Shown here: positions 1 to 7,505 of the stretch, piece by piece
Position numbering within the stretch: position 1 is the stretch's first letter
How the letters are laid out: each line of letters opens with the position of its first letter
Source: Phycisphaeraceae bacterium
GTDB taxonomy: Bacteria; Planctomycetota; Phycisphaerae; Phycisphaerales; Zrk34
Direction of reading: 5' to 3'
Length of the DNA stretch: 20,570 nucleotides
Assembly: GCA_040905565.1 (NCBI GenBank)
Contig: JBBDRF010000077.1
Location: 53,794 to 74,363 of the forward strand
The notes under the pieces: model-generated
Told to the model about the DNA's origin: nothing
The model's input: the letters and a program-made list of their open reading frames with translations, nothing else
Database searches by the model: none
Program-made: the position numbers and the translations under genes

Positions 1-103
1 TCGGCGGGGGACTCCCCCCCAACCCTCCCCCAACTCCACGCCCCCCCCCAGTCACCCACGGCGTCACACCGCGGGCGTCAACCAAAAAAACCCACCTCCC
101 CGT

Positions 104-130
104 TAAGTGCCCCCCAGCCGGTGCCGATGC
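104..130 (+). promoter_or_regulatory. Putative sigma28 (FliA-type) promoter of the HDOD gene
   Basis: TAAG (104-107), exactly 15 nt, GCCGATGC (123-130); compare consensus TAAA-N15-GCCGATAA. Confidence 0.6.
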
Positions 131-140
131 TGTTGTTGGA

Positions 141-1067
141 ATGGCACAACCGACCCCAGGCACGGAGACAGTCATGTCGCAGGGCGTCAGCGCGACACAA
201 CACGACAGCGATGCGAATGCGAGACGAAAGCAGATCGTCACGCAAGCGGTGCGCGAAATCTCGCACATCGCCACGCTGCCCGAGATCACCATCAAGATTA
301 TCGAGATTGTGGAGGACCCCGACTCCACCGCTCACGATCTTCATATGATCATCGCCAACGATCCGGCCCTATGCGCTCGGGTGCTGAAGGTGGTCAACTC
401 CGCTTTCTACGGGCTGCCGGGGCAGATCGGGTCGATCAATCGGGCGATCGTCCTGCTCGGACTTAACGCCGTGAAGAACATCGCCATTGCCGCGAGCCTC
501 GCTCGGCTGTTCCGGGGCGGTCGGCTGAGTCCCTCCTTCTCCGCGAAGGATCTGTGGGCGCATTCGATCGCCGTGGCCGCCACGACCAAACTGCTGGCCG
601 AGAAGGCCGAACTCAGGCTCACGGATGAAGCGTTCCTCGCCGGGCTGATGCACGACATCGGCATCATGGTGGAGATGCAGACCGTTCGGCCCAAGCTCGT
701 CGAAGTGATCGAGGACGCCGGCGGCGAACCGTTCCTCCAGGCCGAGCAACGGCTCATCGGTGCGACGCATCAGGATTTCGGCCGGGGCCTGTGCGAATCG
801 TGGAAGTTCCCACGCTCCTTCGCCTGCGTCACCGGCTACCACCATCATCCGCTCGTGCTCGATCGTGAGATGCGGACGCTGACGACGCTTGTGCACATCG
901 GCGACATCCTCGCGGCCCGCAGCAAGATCGGCTTCGCCGGCACCGTCGCCAGTACCGAAATCGCCAGCGATGTCCTCGACGACGCCAAGCTGGCGGACAA
1001 AGACATCCAGAAGGTGATGGAACAGATCCCCGAAGCCTACACGGTTGCCGATCAGCTTCTCGCGTGA
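141..1067 (+). CDS. HDOD domain signal-transduction protein (true start may be ATG 174)
   Basis: LPEI..KI, DPALCARVLKVVNSAFYG, LWAHS, AFLAGLMHDIG, WKFP...YHHHP are HDOD motifs; GGAG at 164-167 precedes ATG 174. Confidence 0.92.
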   Translation: MAQPTPGTETVMSQGVSATQHDSDANARRKQIVTQAVREISHIATLPEITIKIIEIVEDPDSTAHDLHMIIANDPALCARVLKVVNSAFYGLPGQIGSINRAIVLLGLNAVKNIAIAASLARLFRGGRLSPSFSAKDLWAHSIAVAATTKLLAEKAELRLTDEAFLAGLMHDIGIMVEMQTVRPKLVEVIEDAGGEPFLQAEQRLIGATHQDFGRGLCESWKFPRSFACVTGYHHHPLVLDREMRTLTTLVHIGDILAARSKIGFAGTVASTEIASDVLDDAKLADKDIQKVMEQIPEAYTVADQLLA

Positions 1068-1115
1068 TCGGGTACCCGCTTCGGCAAAAACTCAGCGTCT
1101 CTCTTTCTCCCTCCG

Positions 1116-1149
1116 GGCGACCAGAAACGTTTTCTGGTCGCCTTTTTTT
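1116..1149 (+). terminator. Intrinsic terminator of the HDOD gene
   Basis: GGCGACCAGAAA-cgt-TTTCTGGTCGCC 12-bp stem followed by T7. Confidence 0.9.
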
Positions 1150-1157
1150 ACGCGCAT

Positions 1158-1193
1158 AAAAAAGGCTCCAACGCGTAAACGTTGAAGCCTTTT
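1158..1193 (-). terminator. Intrinsic terminator of tRNA-Ala (possibly bidirectional)
   Basis: AAAAAAGGCT-c-CAACG-cgtaaa-CGTTG-a-AGCCTTTT; gives a U6 tail on the minus strand just 3' of the tRNA. Confidence 0.8.
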
Positions 1194-1201
1194 GCCTGAA
1201 G

Positions 1202-1274
1202 TGGAGGTGAGGGGATTTGAACCCCTGACCTCTTCCATGCCATGGAAGCGCTCTCCCAACTGAGCTACACCCCC
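1202..1274 (-). tRNA. tRNA-Ala (anticodon GGC), CCA not encoded
   Basis: Reverse complement GGGGGTGTAGCTCAGTTGGGAGAGCGCTTCCATGGCATGGAAGAGGTCAGGGGTTCAAATCCCCTCACCTCCA folds as a cloverleaf; G3:U70 Ala identity pair; anticodon loop AT-GGC-AT. Confidence 0.97.
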
Positions 1275-1287
1275 AGGCTGAGGCGAT

Positions 1288-1315
1288 ATTCTACCAACCG
1301 CAGCGGACCGGTCAA
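1288..1315 (-). promoter_or_regulatory. Sigma70-type promoter of tRNA-Ala
   Basis: Minus strand TTGACC-N16-TAGAAT, ending 13 nt upstream of the mature tRNA 5' end. Confidence 0.75.
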
Positions 1316-1334
1316 GAAGCGGCTCGGAACAACG

Positions 1335-1850
1335 CTACCGCACCCGGGCTTCGAGTTCCTTGATGGCGCGTTTGCTTGCCGTCCGGTCGATCTCACTCAT
1401 GCGGTCGAGGATGAGCACGCCGTTGAGGTGGTCCATTTCGTGCTGCCACACGCGGGCGGGCAGGTCGTCGCTCTCGAGCCGAACGGTTTCGCCCGCCAGA
1501 TCCGTCGCTTCGATCACCGCGTGAATCGGCCTGCGAACATCGGCGTTGATGCCAGGCAGCGAAAGACAGCCCTCTTCGTAGACGTCGACGGTCTCGCTCA
1601 GCGTCAGCACCGGATTGATAAATACCCGGTCCTGCTCAACTTCACCGGTCGGGTTCGCCACGAACATCCGCCAGGACAGGCCGACCTGCGGCGCGGCGAG
1701 GCCGACGCCTCGGTGCTGGTGCATCAGCTCGACCATCCGCTCAGCGACATCGCGGACCTCGTCGGTGATCTGCTCCACAGGCGCAGCCTTGCGACGCAGC
1801 ACAGGGTCTGGATAATAGACGACACGCAATTGATCAATCTTGACGGGCAC
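1335..1850 (-). CDS. def: Peptide deformylase
   Basis: GVGLAAPQVG, EGCLS and QHEMDHLNG motifs all present. Confidence 0.97.
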   Translation of the reverse strand: MPVKIDQLRVVYYPDPVLRRKAAPVEQITDEVRDVAERMVELMHQHRGVGLAAPQVGLSWRMFVANPTGEVEQDRVFINPVLTLSETVDVYEEGCLSLPGINADVRRPIHAVIEATDLAGETVRLESDDLPARVWQHEMDHLNGVLILDRMSEIDRTASKRAIKELEARVR

Positions 1851-2004
1851 GCAAACATGATAGATGCTGAGTACGCTGTCGCCAACCGGTTCGGGTAAAG
1901 CCGTGGCAAAATTGGCGCAGTGTACCGCGTGTCTCCGCCACTCGGCGGGACGAGGCCGACGACTCTGGATTCGTGATTCCTAATTCCGACAAGGCGAGCA
2001 CACA

Positions 2005-3501
2005 TTGGGCCTGTTCAGCAACTGGAAAAAATCAAGCAGCGACGAAGCCACCGAGCCAAAGCCGGCCAAGAACGCCCCCACGCGCGATCCGAAGAAGGCC
2101 CGCCGGTTCTTCGAGCACGCCCAGGCCGTCGCTGACTCACGCAATTACGATTACGCCGTCGAGTGTTACATCAACGGCCTTCGTCACGATCCCGAAAGCA
2201 TGCAGCATCACGAAGCCTTGCGTGATGTTTCGCTGCGCCGCAAGGTCAACGGCGGCAAGGCGCCCTCGCTCAAAGAACAGTTCAAATACTCCGGCGGCAA
2301 AGGCTCGCTGGAGAAAATGCTGAACGCCGAGTACCTCTGGGCGAAAGATCCGTTCAGTGCCCAGCTCGGCCTGACGGCCATGGAAGCCGCGGTCAAAAGC
2401 TCGCTGCCTGAGGTCGCCTACTGGCTCGGCGGGTTCGTGCTGGAGAACGGTCGGGCTGCGAAACGGCCCAGCAAAGCGCTGTTTCTCAAGGCACGCGATC
2501 TGTTCACCGAGATCGGCGCGTACGACCAGGCCGTCGAGGCCTGTTCCGCCGCCGCTTCGCTGGATCCGGGCAACAATGAGCTGCTCAACGAGCTGAAGAA
2601 CCTCGAAGCCGAGCTGACGCTGATGGTCGGCCGTTACGGCGAGGGCGGCTCCTTCCGCAGCGGCGTCAAGGATTCGGACAAGCAGCGGGCGCTGGAGCAG
2701 GACGACTCGATCTCCAACACCGAGTCCGCTCAGAACGAAAGCATCGCCCGCGCCCGAGCCGCCTACGAAGAAAGTCCCGAAGACATGGACCTGCTCTTCA
2801 AGCTCGTCCGGGCTTTGGCGCAGAAGGAGACGGAGGAAGCGGAGAACGAAGCGATCACCTTCCTCCATCAGGCCCATAAACAGACGGGCCAGTATCGCTA
2901 CAAATCGCAGGTCGGCGATCTTCGGATGAAGCAGTACAACCGCCGCGTGCGCCAGATTCGCCAGGCCATCGCCAAGGCTGAAGGCGAGCAGCGGGCCAAG
3001 CTTCAGCAGCAGCTTAAGCACACGCTCTCGGAGCAGGTGAAGTTCGAGCTCAAAGAGTACGCCGAGCGGGCGAAGAACTACCCGACCGACATGGGCGTCC
3101 GCTTCAACCTCGGCCGCCGCCAGTTCGTCCTCGGCGACAACGACGCTGCCATCGCCAACTTCCAGGAAGCCCAGTCCGATCCGAAAAATCGCCCGTGGGC
3201 GCTGCGTTACCTCGGCGAAGCGTTCGCTCGCAAGGAATGGCTCGACGAAGCGATCGACACTTTCCATCGTGGGATTGAGGTTCATCCCTACGCCGACGAC
3301 CGCCTGGCGCTCGAGCTTCGCTACGAGCTGATGAAGGTGCTCGAAGCCAAGGCCGATCGCGACGACGATCTCACCACCGCGCAGGAAGCGACGAAGGTCG
3401 CCTCCCAGATCGCCCAGGTCGACATCAACTACAAAGACATCCGCGAACGCATGGATTCTGCCCGCGCTCTGGTCAACCGCATCAAAAAAGCGAACGCGTG
3501 A
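2005..3501 (+). CDS. TPR-repeat / helical solenoid protein with coiled-coil segment, function unknown
   Basis: 498-aa ORF with host-like codon usage; TPR-like units (NYDYAVECYINGLRHDP, AYDQAVEACSAAASLDP, RYLGEAFARKEWLDEAIDTFHRG); TTG start uncertain. Confidence 0.8.
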   Translation: MGLFSNWKKSSSDEATEPKPAKNAPTRDPKKARRFFEHAQAVADSRNYDYAVECYINGLRHDPESMQHHEALRDVSLRRKVNGGKAPSLKEQFKYSGGKGSLEKMLNAEYLWAKDPFSAQLGLTAMEAAVKSSLPEVAYWLGGFVLENGRAAKRPSKALFLKARDLFTEIGAYDQAVEACSAAASLDPGNNELLNELKNLEAELTLMVGRYGEGGSFRSGVKDSDKQRALEQDDSISNTESAQNESIARARAAYEESPEDMDLLFKLVRALAQKETEEAENEAITFLHQAHKQTGQYRYKSQVGDLRMKQYNRRVRQIRQAIAKAEGEQRAKLQQQLKHTLSEQVKFELKEYAERAKNYPTDMGVRFNLGRRQFVLGDNDAAIANFQEAQSDPKNRPWALRYLGEAFARKEWLDEAIDTFHRGIEVHPYADDRLALELRYELMKVLEAKADRDDDLTTAQEATKVASQIAQVDINYKDIRERMDSARALVNRIKKANA

Positions 3502-3534
3502 CCGGCATGCCGGCCAAAACGCATCCGCAATCTG

Positions 3535-3736
3535 ACGAGCCGCGACCGTGAGGGAGCGGTCCGCTCAACGTTCGCGTCACGTCGGAAGGTTCGCCCTCCG
3601 CACTGGATGGAGCTTACGGACCCGACTGTTCAACAAGAGCCGGGCTGTCCTCAGCCCGGTTGCGGCGCGCTGAGGGCGGTGATGGGCGACGAAGCCCCAC
3701 GGCGCGACGACCGCTTACCTCACGTGCGCGGCTCGT
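3535..3736. repeat. REPIN-like inverted pair, family A (ACGAGCCGCGACCGTGAGGGAGCGGT), with a nested family-B copy
   Basis: Arm 3535-3560 and degenerate inverted arm 3710-3736; the exact reverse complement of the left arm occurs at 6049-6074. Confidence 0.8.
3637..3660. repeat. REP-like palindrome, family B (GAGCCGGGCTGTCCTCAGCCCGGT), single copy
   Basis: One mismatch to the arm at 8885-8908; internal hairpin CCGGGCTG/CAGCCCGG. Confidence 0.8.
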
Positions 3737-3762
3737 AGTCCGGCGGTGGTGGTGGGGGGCTC

Positions 3763-3791
3763 TCGACGCTTGACGCGGGGTCGTCTATACT
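3763..3791 (+). promoter_or_regulatory. Sigma70-type promoter of the nuoD cluster
   Basis: TCGACG-N17-TATACT (3786-3791). Confidence 0.6.
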
Positions 3792-3798
3792 GTTTCCC

Positions 3799-3816
3799 TT
3801 GTGAACTTCGTCACAA
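3799..3816. promoter_or_regulatory. Rex-type (or CRP/FNR-family) operator
   Basis: TTGTGAA-CTTC-GTCACAA matches 13/14 positions of TTGTGAA-N4-TTCACAA and is a perfect TGTGA-N6-TCACA; lies over the predicted TSS of NADH dehydrogenase genes. Confidence 0.7.
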
Positions 3817-3878
3817 ACCCTGCCTCTGCGACGTCCGCAGCGTGCCGGGTGCGTCGGCCCCCAAAAGGGTTAACCCCA

Positions 3879-5159
3879 ATGCCCTACGAGTTAAAACCCT
3901 TCGGCGTCGATATCGAAACGACGCCCTACATCAAAGACTTTGAAGACAGCGGCGACCGTTGGACGCTGAACTTCGGTCCCCAGCATCCGTCTACCCATAC
4001 CACGCTGCGCATCGTGCTTGAGCTCGATGGCGAACGCGTCGTCCGGGCGGTCCCCCACATCGGGTACCTCCACTCGGGCTTTGAGAAGATCGGCGAAAAG
4101 CACGATTACAACCAGTACGTCACGGTCACCGACCGGATGAACTACCTCTCGCCCATCCACAACAACATCGTCTGGCATCACGCGGTCGAAAAACTCTTCG
4201 GCATCGAGATCACCAACCGCTGTAAAGTGCTCCGCACCATCGTCGGCGAGCTCGCCCGCATTCAGGACCACCTGCTCTGCGTCGGGGCAGCGGCACTCGA
4301 CCTTGGCGCGTTCACCGCGTTCCTCTACGGCTTCAACGAACGCGAGCACATCTACGACATCTGCGAGTACATCTCCGGGGCCCGCTTCACCACCAGCTGG
4401 ACCCGCGTGGGCGGCCTGAACCAGGATCTGCCCGACGAAAACGTCTTCAAACAGCGGGTCAAAAGCTTCATCGATGAGAAGCTGCCCCGGGCGGTGGACG
4501 ACCTCGAGGGCCTGCTCAACAAGAACCGCATCTTCATCGACCGCACCTCAGGCATCGGCGCCATCAGTGCCGAGGACGCCATCGCGTGGTCGCTCACCGG
4601 CCCCCTCGCCAGAGCGGCCGGCGTCGCACGCGACCTCCGCAAGGACGAACCCTACCTCTGCTTCGAAGACAACTGGGACGGCGAAGGCGCCAAACCCGTC
4701 GACTTCAAAGTCCCCATCATGTACGAAGGCGACGTCTACTGCCGTTTCCGCGTACGTGTTGAAGAGATCAAGCAGTCGGTGCACATCATCCGCCAGCTGA
4801 TCGACAAGATCCCCGAGGGCCGGGTCGACGCCTACGCCGACGAAGCGTTCCACCTCCCGCCGAAGTCCGAGACCTACGGCTCGATCGAAGGGCTCATCCA
4901 CCACTTCGAGCTGATCATGACCAACCGAGGCTGGAAGGCCCCGATCGGCGAGACCTACGGCGCTCAGGAAACGGCGAACGGCGAACTCGGCTTCTACATC
5001 GTCGCCGACGGCGGACCCCGCGCCTGGCGAGCCCGCTGCCGACCGCCCTCCTTCATCAACTACTCCTCGTTCCCCAAGATGATGGAAGGCCACCTCCTCG
5101 CCGACGTCGTCAGCGTGCTGGGCTCGCTCAACGTCATCGCAGCGGAACTGGACAGGTAG
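3879..5159 (+). CDS. nuoD: NADH-quinone oxidoreductase subunit D
   Basis: LNFGPQHP, GYLHSGFEK, DRMNY, ETANGELG, C-terminal AELDR; ATG 3879 preferred over GTG 3801, which lies inside the operator. Confidence 0.96.
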   Translation: MPYELKPFGVDIETTPYIKDFEDSGDRWTLNFGPQHPSTHTTLRIVLELDGERVVRAVPHIGYLHSGFEKIGEKHDYNQYVTVTDRMNYLSPIHNNIVWHHAVEKLFGIEITNRCKVLRTIVGELARIQDHLLCVGAAALDLGAFTAFLYGFNEREHIYDICEYISGARFTTSWTRVGGLNQDLPDENVFKQRVKSFIDEKLPRAVDDLEGLLNKNRIFIDRTSGIGAISAEDAIAWSLTGPLARAAGVARDLRKDEPYLCFEDNWDGEGAKPVDFKVPIMYEGDVYCRFRVRVEEIKQSVHIIRQLIDKIPEGRVDAYADEAFHLPPKSETYGSIEGLIHHFELIMTNRGWKAPIGETYGAQETANGELGFYIVADGGPRAWRARCRPPSFINYSSFPKMMEGHLLADVVSVLGSLNVIAAELDR

Positions 5160-5163
5160 GCAA

Positions 5164-5214
5164 GTAGGGTGGGCACGGCCCACCTTGGCGAACGGTGGGC
5201 GATACCCACCCCAC
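5164..5214. repeat. GTAG-type REP doublet, family C
   Basis: GTAG-GGTGGGC-acg-GCCCACC (5164-5184) plus inverted degenerate copy GGTGGGCGATACCCACCCCAC (5194-5214) between nuoD and nuoE. Confidence 0.75.
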
Positions 5215-5229
5215 GAATCGAGAACTGAT

Positions 5230-5754
5230 ATGGCTTGGATAGTTAAAGATTCCGCACATCAGAAGGTTGACCGTCGCGCTGAGCCTTACGTCTCCGATGC
5301 GATGAAGGCCAAGTGGGAAGCCGACCTCATGCCGCGCTACGCCACACGGCAGGCGGCTCTGCTGCCGATTTGTCACGACGTGCAGCACGAGCACGGCTGG
5401 CTCCCCGCTCAGGCGCTCGAAGAGATCGCGGACTTCGTCGGCATCAACGTCGCCGAGGTGCTCGATACCGTTACCTTCTACGAGGAATACCACCTCAAGC
5501 CGAAGGGCAAGCACCTGGTGCAGATCTGCCGGTCCATCGCCTGCGAACTGTGCGGCTACCGCGAACTCAGCGAAAAAGTCCAGCAGAAGCTAGGCGTCCT
5601 TCCCGGCGAGACGACCGAAGACGGCCGCATCACGCTGATGGAACTCGAATGCCTGGGCGCGTGCGATCTCGCACCGTGCGGTTTGATCAACGAAACGCTG
5701 CAGGAAACGATCAGCTGGGAAGATCTGGAAAAACAGATCGACGCACTGGATTGA
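5230..5754 (+). CDS. nuoE: NADH-quinone oxidoreductase subunit E (2Fe-2S)
   Basis: CRSIAC...CLGAC 2Fe-2S ligands, VTFY motif; ATG 5230 preferred because TTG 5185 lies inside the repeat. Confidence 0.95.
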   Translation: MAWIVKDSAHQKVDRRAEPYVSDAMKAKWEADLMPRYATRQAALLPICHDVQHEHGWLPAQALEEIADFVGINVAEVLDTVTFYEEYHLKPKGKHLVQICRSIACELCGYRELSEKVQQKLGVLPGETTEDGRITLMELECLGACDLAPCGLINETLQETISWEDLEKQIDALD

Positions 5755-5799
5755 TCGCCAGCGCCTGCGTGTTTTGCGCAGGACAGGAAGGCGAAGCCG

Positions 5800-5994
5800 A
5801 TGAAATGGTTCAACGATCTTTGCCGCAACCTTGGCCTGATGGTGCACAACATCAAGCACCCTGAAGGCAAGCACAGCGAGGTCGTGAAGAAGGAAACGCA
5901 AGAGACCAGACGCGGCAACGTGACGCTCCGCCGCACGACGATCGAGGAAATCGAGTACGACACCGAAGACGATGACAACGAGCCGCGACCGTAA
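5800..5994 (+). CDS. Small hypothetical protein (64 aa) between nuoE and nuoF
   Basis: ATG preceded by purine-rich AGGAAGG, host-like codons, fills the gap in the cluster. Confidence 0.7.
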   Translation: MKWFNDLCRNLGLMVHNIKHPEGKHSEVVKKETQETRRGNVTLRRTTIEEIEYDTEDDDNEPRP

Positions 5995-6074
5995 GGGGGC
6001 GGCCCGACGCACGGCTGCTCGGAATCGTTCGCACCAGGCATGAACACAACCGCTCCCTCACGGTCGCGGCTCGT
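5978..6074. repeat. REPIN-like inverted pair, family A
   Basis: ACGAGCCGCGACCGTAAGGGGGCGG (5978-6002) and ACCGCTCCCTCACGGTCGCGGCTCGT (6049-6074). Confidence 0.85.
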
Positions 6075-6104
6075 ATAGAAGCTTTTAACGCAGGTTCAAT
6101 CCTC

Positions 6105-7457
6105 ATGGCCCTTGAAAACCCCGTACTGCTCAAGCGTATTCCCACCGCTCCGTGGGGCGATCCGAAGGACCGTCACTACGTCGACTTTGACGAGTACACC
6201 CGCACCGGCGGCTACGAGGCGTTGCGTGGCATCCTCGAGACCGAGCCGAAGGACATCGTCAACCGCGTCAAGGAAGCCGAGGTCCGAGGCCGAGGCGGCG
6301 CGGGCTTCAGCTGCGGCCTGAAGTGGTCCTTCCTGCCCCCACCCGACGGCGGCACGCGGTATCTGGCCGTCAACGCCGACGAATCCGAGCCGGGCACGTT
6401 CAAAGACCGTCTGCTGATGGATTACGATCCGCACCTGCTGCTCGAAGGCATCGCCATCGCCTGCCATGCCACGCAAAGCGACACCGCCTACATCTACATC
6501 CGGGGCGAGTACCACTACGAAGCGCACATGATCGAGCAGGCGCTCAAAGAGGCCTACGCGAACAACATCTTCGGCGAGCAATCGATCCTCGGAAAAGTCA
6601 ACGACCGCACCCTCAACTGCTATGTCCACCGCGGCGCGGGGGCCTACATCTGCGGTGAGGAAACGGGCCTGCTCGAATCGCTCGAAGGCAAACGCGGCTG
6701 GCCTCGCATCAAGCCTCCCTTCCCCGCGGTGAAGGGCCTGTTCGGCCGGCCGACCGTCATCAACAACGTCGAAACGCTCGCCTGCCTGCCCGACGTGCTC
6801 ATCAACGGCACGGAGTGGTGGAAGTCCATGGGCCGACCGTCGCACTTCGGTGACGCAGCACCCGGATCCTACGGGCCCAAACTCTTCGGCATGTCCGGCC
6901 ATCTCGCCAAGCCCGGGGTCTACGAAGAACATCTCGGCATCAAGCTCAGCGAGCTCATCGAAAACCACTGCGGCGGCATGCGGAACGGCAAGAAGTTCAA
7001 AGCGGCCATCGCCGGCGGGCTCTCGACCGGCGTGCTCGGCCCCGACGAGTACGACGCGGAGATGGATTTCGACATCGGCAAACGCTTCGGCATCCTCGGC
7101 CTCGGCACGGCCGGCGCCGTCGTGATGGACGAAGATACCGACATGGTCATGGTCGCCCGCAACAGCCTCCGCTTCTACAGCCACGAATCCTGTGGCCAGT
7201 GCACCCCCTGCCGCGAGGGCACCGGCTGGCTTTACCAGATGCTCTGCCGCATCGAAGAAGGCAACGGCCGGTTCAAAGACCTCGACCTGCTCGACGAAAT
7301 CGCTGCTTCGATGGGTGCCATGCCAGGGACCACCATCTGCGGTCTCGCCGACGGCGCGAACTGGTCGCTTCGCACGATCCTCAAGAAATTCCGAGGCGAA
7401 TTCGAAGCCCGCTGCAAAGCGTCACTCGTGCAGGTCGGCGTGAAAGTCGGACAATAA
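6105..7457 (+). CDS. nuoF: NADH-quinone oxidoreductase subunit F (FMN, 4Fe-4S)
   Basis: RGRGGAGF, NADESEPGTFKDR, GAGAYICGEETGL, ESCGQCTPCREG...TIC. Confidence 0.97.
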   Translation: MALENPVLLKRIPTAPWGDPKDRHYVDFDEYTRTGGYEALRGILETEPKDIVNRVKEAEVRGRGGAGFSCGLKWSFLPPPDGGTRYLAVNADESEPGTFKDRLLMDYDPHLLLEGIAIACHATQSDTAYIYIRGEYHYEAHMIEQALKEAYANNIFGEQSILGKVNDRTLNCYVHRGAGAYICGEETGLLESLEGKRGWPRIKPPFPAVKGLFGRPTVINNVETLACLPDVLINGTEWWKSMGRPSHFGDAAPGSYGPKLFGMSGHLAKPGVYEEHLGIKLSELIENHCGGMRNGKKFKAAIAGGLSTGVLGPDEYDAEMDFDIGKRFGILGLGTAGAVVMDEDTDMVMVARNSLRFYSHESCGQCTPCREGTGWLYQMLCRIEEGNGRFKDLDLLDEIAASMGAMPGTTICGLADGANWSLRTILKKFRGEFEARCKASLVQVGVKVGQ

Positions 7458-7505
7458 CCCACACGCGCGGCGCGAAAGCGCGGGATGAGCGGGTTACGAT
7501 GACGC

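Noticed and set aside
1202..1274. tRNA-Ala as an integration site for a genomic island
   Set aside because: No duplicate of the tRNA 3' end and no integrase seen; its terminator follows directly and the flanking genes look native
1904..1919. Sigma54 promoter (TGGCAA...GCGCA) upstream of the TPR gene
   Set aside because: GG-N10-GC spacing is met but the -12 element lacks TTGC; too weak in GC-rich DNA
2137..3285. Long antisense ORFs (also 1242-1898, 6096-7184, 7494-8390, 16085-17218, 16146-17027, 19437-20327)
   Set aside because: Shadow or alternative-frame ORFs typical of high-GC coding DNA; they overlap clearly recognisable genes and carry no motifs
3770..3791. TTGACG as the -35 box of the nuoD promoter
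   Set aside because: Only 10 nt from TATACT; TCGACG at 17-nt spacing fits better
3879..5159. NuoD-like ORF as a [NiFe]-hydrogenase large subunit
   Set aside because: Lacks both CxxC Ni-binding motifs and ends in the complex I-type ELDR
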